Assembly (NCBI RefSeq): GCF_000007145.1
Contig: NC_003902.1
Location: forward strand, 2,366,497-2,398,496
Reading direction: 5' to 3'
DNA from: Xanthomonas campestris pv. campestris str. ATCC 33913
GTDB lineage: Bacteria; Pseudomonadota; Gammaproteobacteria; Xanthomonadales; Xanthomonadaceae
Length of the DNA: 32,000 nt
The first letter of the stretch is position 1. The number at the start of each line of letters is the position of its first letter. The notes beneath the pieces were generated by a model. That model was not told where the DNA came from. It ran no database searches and worked only from the letters and a program-made list of their open reading frames with translations. A program made the position numbers and the translations under genes. Shown here in pieces: positions 8,286-17,200 of the stretch.

Positions 8286-11200
8286 ATGAATCGTGCGTTT
8301 GCGCTGGTCTGGAACGCGGCTATCGGTAATTGGGTCGTCACGCACGAGTTGGTGCGGCGGCGGCGTAAATCGGGAGCGACCCGGCGCAATCTGCCGAGCA
8401 TGGTGATCCTCGCCCTGGGAGCGGCTGCACCCACGCTGGCCTGGGGAGCGTGCACGCCGGCGCTACCTGCCGCTGGGCAAACGGTGACCTGCACTGGATT
8501 GCCGATCACCAGTAATGCGTTCTCCAGCAACGCGAGCAATCTGACCGTCAATGTCGCCCCCGGAACGCAGATGACGGCGGGGCTGCTTGGCGGCACCGCC
8601 ATTGCACTCGGCGGTACCAATTCCACGCTCAATAACAGCGGCACCATCGATCCTTCCGTGCTTGGCCTGCTGTCAGTGCTCAGCACCGGCGTGACGATGG
8701 GCAACGCCAGCTCGACGCAGGTCACCGTCAATAACCTCGCGACCGGCACGATCTACGGAAGCGGCGGCCTGCTCGGTGCCAACCTGCTCAACCTCGATGG
8801 CATGGCGCTGGGCATCACAGCTGCGCCCGCCGGCGTGGTGCAGATCAACAACGCCGGCACCATCAGTAGTCGCCCCCTGTTGAATCTCTCGGTGCTTGGC
8901 TCGGATACGCCGGTCATCGCGGTCAGCGGTGGCGCCACGGTCAACGCAGTGAACTCCGGCACCATCGAAGGGCGGGTGGGTTTCCAGAGCTCGGCCACCG
9001 GCAACACCTTCATCAATTCCGGCGCCATCAACGGCAGCGTGTCGATGGGCGCCAACAGCATCAACAGCTTCACCGCGGTCACCGGTAGCAGCGTCAACAG
9101 CGCAGGTGGCATCGGGGTCGCGCTACTTGGCCCAGGCGGGTTGTTGAGCTTTGCGGCAACCGGCACCGTGGATGGCGGGGCGGGCGGCACCAACACCTTG
9201 ATCCTGCAGAATTCCGCCACGGGCACTGGCAGCGGCACCGCCGGCACGGCGGCGCTGAGCACCTCGCAATACATCAACTTCGGTAGCCTGCGCGTCAACA
9301 GCGGTACCTGGACGCTGGGCGGCGCGACCAATTTCAGTAACACCGCGCTCAATGGCGGCGTGGCGCAATTCGCCAACCCGGCCCTGTTCGGCACCAACAT
9401 CACCGCCAACGGTGGCGCGATCGAGGCCACCGCCGCCAATCTGACCTTGAGCCCCACCGGTGGCATTGCACTCACCGGCACCGGCCTGACGGTACAGGGC
9501 GCCAATGCATTGACCATCGGCAGTGCGCTGACCGGGACCGGCGCGCTCACCAAAACCGGTATAGGTGCCGTCACCCTGACCGGCGCCAATACCTATAGCG
9601 GCGGCACCACGCTGGCAGCCGGCAGCCTGACGCTGGGCAATAACACCGCGCTGGGAACCGGCACGGTGACTGCGGCAGGTGGCACCCTGTCGGGCACCAC
9701 CGCACTCAACCTCGCAAACGCCTTTACGTTGACCGATAGCCTGACCATCGGCGGCACCAATGCGGTGCGGCTCGGTGGCGCCGTCAGCGGCGGCGGTGGT
9801 TTCGTCAAGACGGGTACCAACACCTTGACCCTGGGCGGGACCAATACCTATACCGGCGGCACCACGCTCAATGCCGGCACAGTGGTGCTGGAAAATGCCG
9901 CCGCTCTGGGCACCGGCGTGGTGACCGCAGGCGGCGGAGCGCTGGACACCATCGCACCGTTGTCGCTTGCGAACAGTGTGCTTCTCAACAGCACACTAGG
10001 CGTGGGTGCCACCGGGAACGCGCTGAGCCTGACCGGCGTGCTGTCGGGCACCGGCGGCATTACCAAGACCGGCACCGGCACGTTGGCGCTCACCAATGCC
10101 AATACCTATACCGGCGCGACCACGCTGGCCGGCGGCACCTTGCAGGTAGGCAATGCGGCGGCATTGGGTGGCAGCACGCTCAATGTCACGGCTGCGTCCA
10201 CCTTGTCGAGCAGCATTGCGCTGGCACTGGGCAATGCGGTTTCGCTTGCAGGTCCATTGACGGTGAGCGGTGCCCAGGCGCTGACGTTGGGCGGCGCCAT
10301 CGGTGGCACCGGCAGCCTGCTTAAAAGCGGTACCGGCGACCTCACCCTGACTGGCACCAACAGCTACACCGGTGGCACCACGTTGAGCAGTGGCCGTCTG
10401 CTGGTGGGGACGGGCAGTGCGTTGGGCACCGGCACGCTCACCGCCAGTGGTGGCGAACTTGCTGCCACGGCACCCACCACGCTGACCAATGCGGTCGCGC
10501 TCACGGGTGCGCTCGGTGTGGGCGGCAATGGCACGGCGCTGACGCTGTCCGGTACCGTCAGCGGCACCGGCAGTGTCAACAAGCTGGGCACCGGCACGCT
10601 GACACTGGGTGGTTTGAATACATATACCGGCGGCACCACGCTGGGAAGCGGCACCTTGCAGGTGGGCAGTGCCACGGCATTGGGCGGCGGGGCGTTGAAC
10701 GTCACCGGCAATGCCGCGCTGCAAAGCACGGCGGCCACCACGCTGGGCAACGCCGTGAACCTGTCTGCTGGCGCGCTGACGTTCGATGGGACGCAAGCGC
10801 TCAGCCTGACCGGCACGGTCAGCGGCACCGGCAGCCTGGTCAAATCCGGCACCGGTGATCTCAGCTTGAGTGGCAACAATGTGTTCACCGGCGGCACCAC
10901 GCTCAGCGCTGGTCGGTTGACGGTGGGCAGCAATACCGCATTGGGCAGCGGCACGTTGACGGCAGCAGCCGGTAGTACGCTCGATTCTGCAGTGGTGAGC
11001 ACACTCGCCAACGCGATCGCGCTGACCGGCGTGGGCGCTGTCAATGTGGGCGGTGCCAACGCGCTCACGCTGAGCGGCGACATCAGTGGCGTGAGCAGTT
11101 TGAACAAGGTTGGCACGGCGAGTCTGAGCCTGACCGGCAACAACACCTATACCGGCGGCACGCGCCTGAGCGCGGGCAGCTTGCTGGTGGGCAGCGATAC

Positions 11201-14200
11201 GGCGCTGGGCACCGGTGCACTGACTGCCGCCGGCGGTGTGTTGGACAACACCGCGCCCGTGTCGCTGAGCAATGCAGTGGTGCTGGAGCAGAATCTGGCG
11301 CTGAGTGGCAATCAGGATCTTGCACTCGGCGGCAGCGTCAGCGGGACGGGTGCACTGATCAAGAACGGCAATGCGGCGCTGAGTTTGACTGGCACCAATA
11401 ACTTCACCGGTGGTGTCACTCTCAACGCAGGCACGTTGCTGATCAACAGCGGCGCAGCACTGGGAACCGGTGTACTCACCGCAGCCGATGCCACGCGTCT
11501 GGACACAACCGCCGCTGCCAGCGTCGGCAATAACGTGGCCCTGCTTGGCGCACTCACGGTAGGCGGCAGCAACGCGCTGGATCTGACCGGCACCGTCAGC
11601 GGCACCGGCAGCCTGATCAAGGAGGGTGTCGGCGCACTCACGCTCACCAGCAACAACGTTTACAGCGGTGGGACGCAACTCACCGCAGGCAGCCTGGTGG
11701 TTGGCGCGGATGCTGCGCTTGGCACCGGCGCGTTGACCACCGCCGATGGCACCGCGCTCAGCGCAAGCACTGCAGTCACGCTGCAGAACGGCATCGCGCT
11801 GGGCGGTGCGCTCAGCATCGATGGGCAACCGCTCACGCTCAATGGCGTGGTCAGTGGCGCGGGCAGTTTGATCAAGAACGGCACCAATGCGCTCACGCTC
11901 AACGGCAACAACACCTGGGCCGGCGGGTTGCAACTGCAGGCCGGCTCGGTACTGGTGGGCAGCGATACCGCGCTTGGCCTGGGCACCCTCACCGCTGCCG
12001 CCGGCACCACGCTGGATGCCACCACCGCGGCAACCTTGGGCAATGCAGTCGCAGTGGATGGCGCGCTCACCATCGGTGGCACGCAGGATCTCACCTTGAA
12101 TGGGGTGGTCAGTGGCGCCGGCAGTCTGGACAAGCAGGGCACTGCCACGTTGACGCTGGGTACTGCGAACACGTTTACCGGTGGGACGACGCTGGGCGCT
12201 GGCCGCCTGGTGCTTGGCAACGAAGCCGCATTGGGCACGGGGCAACTGACCATCGCCGGCGTCGCCGAACTGGATACCGCTGCAGCGACAAACCTCGCCA
12301 ATGCCGTGCAGTTGAATGCACAGCTCACCTTGGCCGGCAGCAACGACCTGAGCTTGAACGGTGCCATTACTGGCACCGGCGGCCTGCTCAAGAATGGCAC
12401 CGGTACGTTGTCACTCACCACCACCAACAGCTATAGCGGCGGCACCACGCTGACCGGCGGCACACTGGCCGTGGGTGCGGATGGCGCACTCGGCACCGGC
12501 AGCCTGTCGGTGGTGGGCGATGCAGTGCTGAGCAATGCGATTGCCGTGGCACTGGGCAACGACATCACCCTGGACGCGGCGTTGACCGTCGATACGGTGG
12601 GCGACCTGCTGGCCACCGGCAACATCAGCGGCACCGGCGGGCTGACCAAGACCGGCGCGGGCATTCTTACCCTCGACGGCAGTAACAGCTACACCGGCCC
12701 GCTGGCAGTGCAGGCCGGTGCACTGGTGGCCAACACCGCTGCGGCACTTGGCAACGCGAGTACGGTGGATGTCGGCGCCGGTGCCTTGCTGAGCCTGACC
12801 GGCGGTGGCCTGATCAACAGCCTGGGCGGCGCCGGCAATGTGGATGTGGGTGCGGGCAGTACCTTGCAGGTGGGCGCGGGCAGCTTCGCCGGCAGCCTTA
12901 TCGGCAATGGCAACCTGGACAAGATCGGCACCGGTACCTTGAGCCTGCTCGGCGACAATGGAGTGGCCGGCAGCACCTCGGTCAGTGGCGGCACCCTGGA
13001 TGTGGCGGGCAGCCTGACCAGCAGCACGCTGAATGTGGCGCTCGGCGGCACCTTGCGCGGCGCCGGCGCGGTGACCGGCCCGGTGACCATCGCCGACGGC
13101 GGGCGTCTGGCGATCACCAGTGGTTCCACGCTCAGCGTGGGCGGGTTGTCCCTTGCATCCGGTGCCTTCATCGATGCCTCGCTGGCAGCGCCAAGTGCCA
13201 CCCGGCTGCTTGCGGTCAACGGCAACCTCACACTCGATGGCACGCTCAACATCACCGACATCGGTGGCTTCGGCACCGGCGTTTACCGGCTGATGGACTA
13301 CACCGGCCTGCTCACCAACAATGCCCTGTTGCTCGGCACCATTCCCGGCAGCGTGGACATCAGCCAGTTGGCACTGCAGACCGCGATCGGCCAGCAGATC
13401 AACCTGGTGGTCACGGCACCCGGCAGCATCGTGCAGTTCTGGGATGGTGCGCAGACGGTTGCCAACGGCAGCGTGGACGGCGGCAGTGGAATATGGGGCG
13501 CCGCCAGCAACTGGACCGGTCAGGACGGCACCGCCAACAGCACCTGGCAGGGCGATTTTGCGGTGTTCTCTGGCACGGCCGGCACCGTGGGTGTGCAGGG
13601 CGCCCAAGCGGTGGGCGGGCTGCAATTTGTCGCCGACGGGTATCAGTTGACCGATGCCGGCGCGGGCAGCTTGAGCATCACAACGCCATTGACGGCGGTC
13701 CGCGTGGACCCCAATGCCACCGCCACGCTCGATGTCGGCATCAGCGGTGCAGGTGGCCTGGAGAAAGTGGACACCGGCACGCTGGTGCTGGATGCGGCCA
13801 ATAGCTACACCGGCGGCACCACGCTCAGCGGCGGCACGCTGGTGCTTGGCGATGCGCAGGCGCTCGGCAGTGGTGCACTCACCACCGCCAACGGCACCAC
13901 GCTGGATACCAACCAGGCCCTGGCCGTTGGCAATGCGGTCGTGCTCAACGGCGCGCTGAATCTTGCCGGCAGCAACGATCTGGCCTTGAACGGCGCCATC
14001 ACCGGCGCGGGCAGCCTGGTCAAGAACGGCACCACCACGCTGACGCTCGACGGCGCCAACAGCTACGCCGGTGGCACGGTGTTGAATGCCGGCACGCTGG
14101 CGCTGGGCAGCAATACGGCGTTGGGCACCGGCAGCCTGTCGGTGATTGGTAACTCCACCTTGAGCAACGCGATCGCGTTGGCATTGACCAACAACCTCAC

Positions 14201-17200
14201 GCTCGGTGCAGGGCTCACCGTAGACACGGCGGCCGATCTTTCGCTCAGCGGCGTGCTCACCGGCGCAGGCGGGTTGACCAAGACCGGCCTGGGCGCGCTG
14301 ACGCTGGCGGGCAGCAACAGCCTCAGCGGTCCCTTGTCGGTGCAGACCGGCGTGGTGGCGACCACCGCGCCGGGTGCACTCACGGGCGTGGGCGCAGTGG
14401 ACGTGGCCGCAGGCGCGGGCTTGCAGCTGGGCAGCAACACCGCACTAGGTGCACTGACCGGGCTGGGCAATGTCGCCATCCTGGGCGGCAGCACGTTGCA
14501 GGTGGGCAACACCAATGTCACCGGCACCTTCGGTGGCAGCCTGAGCGATGCGGGCAATCTGGAAAAGGTCGGCACCGGCGTGTTCCAGCTCACCGGGACC
14601 AGCAGCATTGGTGGCACCACCCTGGTGAGTGCGGGCACGTTGGATGTGGACGGCACGCTGGCCAGCGCAGGTGGGCTCACGGTCGCCAACGGCGGCGCCT
14701 TGAGCGGCAGCGGCGTGGTGGATGCGGCGGTCACGGTAGCCGACGGTGGCCGCGTGGTCGTGAGCAGCGGCGCGCTGCTGACCACCGGCACGCTGAGCCT
14801 GGCACCGAATGCAACCATCGATGCGTTCCTGGGCATTCCCAGCCAGACCGGCGTGCTCGCGGTCAACGGCGACCTCACCCTGGACGGCACGCTCAACATC
14901 ACCGACATCGGTGGCTTCGGTAATGGTGTGTATCGCCTGATCGATTACACCGGCGGGCTGAGCGACAACGGCCTGGCCTTCGGCACCATTCCTGGTTCTG
15001 TTGATCCCACACAATTGGCCTTGCAGACCGCGTTGGCGCAGCAGGTCAACGTGGTGGTGTCCGCGCCGGGCAGCAACGTGCAGTTCTGGGATGGCGCACA
15101 GACGGTGGGCAACGCGCAGATCGAAGGCGGCACCGGCACCTGGACGGCGGGCGCCACCAACTGGACCGGCATCGATGGCCTCACGAATACCGATTGGCAG
15201 AACAGCTTTGCCGTATTCGCCGGCACTGCCGGCAACGTCGGGGTGCAGGGCACGCAAGGCATCACCGGCATGCAGTTCGCCACCGATGGCTATGTGCTCA
15301 CCGATGCCGGCGCCGGCGCGCTCAGCGCCAATGCCGCCACCACCATCGTGCGCGTGGATCCGGGTGTCACCGGCACCATCGACGTCACCATTGGCGGCAC
15401 GGGCACCTTGCAAAAGCTCGATACCGGCACGCTGATCCTGGGCGCAGCCAACACCTACACCGGCGGCACCGCGCTGGGAGGCGGCACCCTGGTGCTGGGC
15501 GATGCCCAGGCACTGGGCACCGGCACGCTCACTGCTGCTGGCGGCACCACACTGGATGCCGATCAGGCGCTTGCCATCGCCAATGCGGTGGACCTCACCG
15601 GCGCGCTGACAGTGGGCGGTAGCAATGATCTAGCGTCAAGCGGTGCTATCACCGGCGCCGGCAGCCTGATCAAGAACGGCACGACCACGCTGACGCTCGA
15701 CGGCGCCAACACGTACGCGGGCGGCACCGTGTTGAACGCCGGCACCTTGGCGGTGGGCAACAACACGGCACTGGGTGGCGGCAGCCTGGACGTGATCGGC
15801 ACCTCCACCTTGAGCAATGCCGTGTCGGTGGCACTGGGCAACGCGGTCACGCTCAACGCCAATCTCGCTGTTGCCAATGCGGCCGATCTGTCGCTTAGCG
15901 GCGCGATCAGCGGGGCAGGCGGGCTGACCAAGAGCGGCACCGGAACGCTGACCTTGTCCGGCGCCAACAGCTTCAGCGGGCCACTGGCGGTGCAGGCCGG
16001 TGTGCTTGCCACGACAGCCGCCGGCACGTTAGGCACGACGAGCACTGCCGATGTCGCCGCAGGGGCCAGTTTGTCGCTGGGCGGCAATGCCGCGCTGGCC
16101 ACCTTGACCGGGGCCGGTACTGTCGCCATTACCGGCGGCAACACCTTGCAGTTGGGTGCCAATGCCGCCAGCGGCAGCTTTGGCGGTACGTTGAACGACG
16201 CCGGCAACCTGCAGAAAGTAGGCACCGGCACGCTGCAGCTCACCGGTACCAGCGCACTTGGCGGAACGATGCAGATCAGCGGCGGCACGCTGGATGTGGA
16301 TGGCACGTTTGGTAGCGCCGGCGGTCTTACCGTCGCGACGGGTGCGACGCTTACCGGCAGTGGCAATGTGGTTGGCGCGGTCGGCGTCGCCGATGGCGGC
16401 CGCCTGGGGGTGACCAGTGGTTCCACACTCTCCACCGGTTCATTGACGCTGGCATCTGGCGCCAGCCTCGACGCATTGCTTGGAGTGCCCAGCGATACAC
16501 GCGTGCTCGCGGTCAACGGCGACCTCACCCTGGACGGCACGCTCAACATCACCGACATCGGTGGCTTCGGCAATGGTGTGTATCGCCTGATCGATTACAC
16601 CGGCGGGCTGACCGACAACGGCCTGGCCTTCGGCACCATTCCTGGTTCTGTTGATCCCACCCAGTTGGCCTTGCAGACCGCGTTGGCGCAGCAGGTCAAC
16701 GTGGTGGTGTCCGCGCCGGGCAGCAACGTGCAGTTCTGGGATGGCGCACAGACGGTGGGCAACGCGCAGATCGAAGGCGGCACCGGCACCTGGACGGCGG
16801 GTGCCACCAACTGGACCGGCATCGACGGCCTCACGAATACCGATTGGCAGAACAGCTTTGCCGTATTCGCCGGCACTGCCGGCAACGTCGGGGTGCAGGG
16901 CACGCAAGGCATCACCGGCATGCAGTTCGCCACCGATGGCTATGTGCTCACCGATGCCGGCGCCGGCGCGCTCAGCGCCAATGCCGCCACCACCATCGTG
17001 CGCGTGGATCCGGGCGTTACCGGCACCATCGACGTCACCATTGGCGGCACGGGCACCTTGCAAAAGGTCGACACCGGCACGTTGATTCTGGGCGCAGCCA
17101 ACACCTACACCGGTGGTACCGCGCTGGGCGGCGGCACCCTGGTGCTGGGCGATGCCCAGGCATTGGGCACCGGCACGTTGACCGCAGCCACCGGCACCAC

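Noticed and set aside
9996-12245. Very long antisense ORFs inside the giant gene: 9996-12245 (749 aa), 12411-13625, 14445-15413, 16440-18890 (816 aa) and 18891-20195.
   Set aside because: They lie opposite a gene with overwhelming coding evidence. Their products are Arg/Ala/Gly-rich low-complexity strings with no motifs. Stop-free antisense frames are expected in high-GC3 genes.
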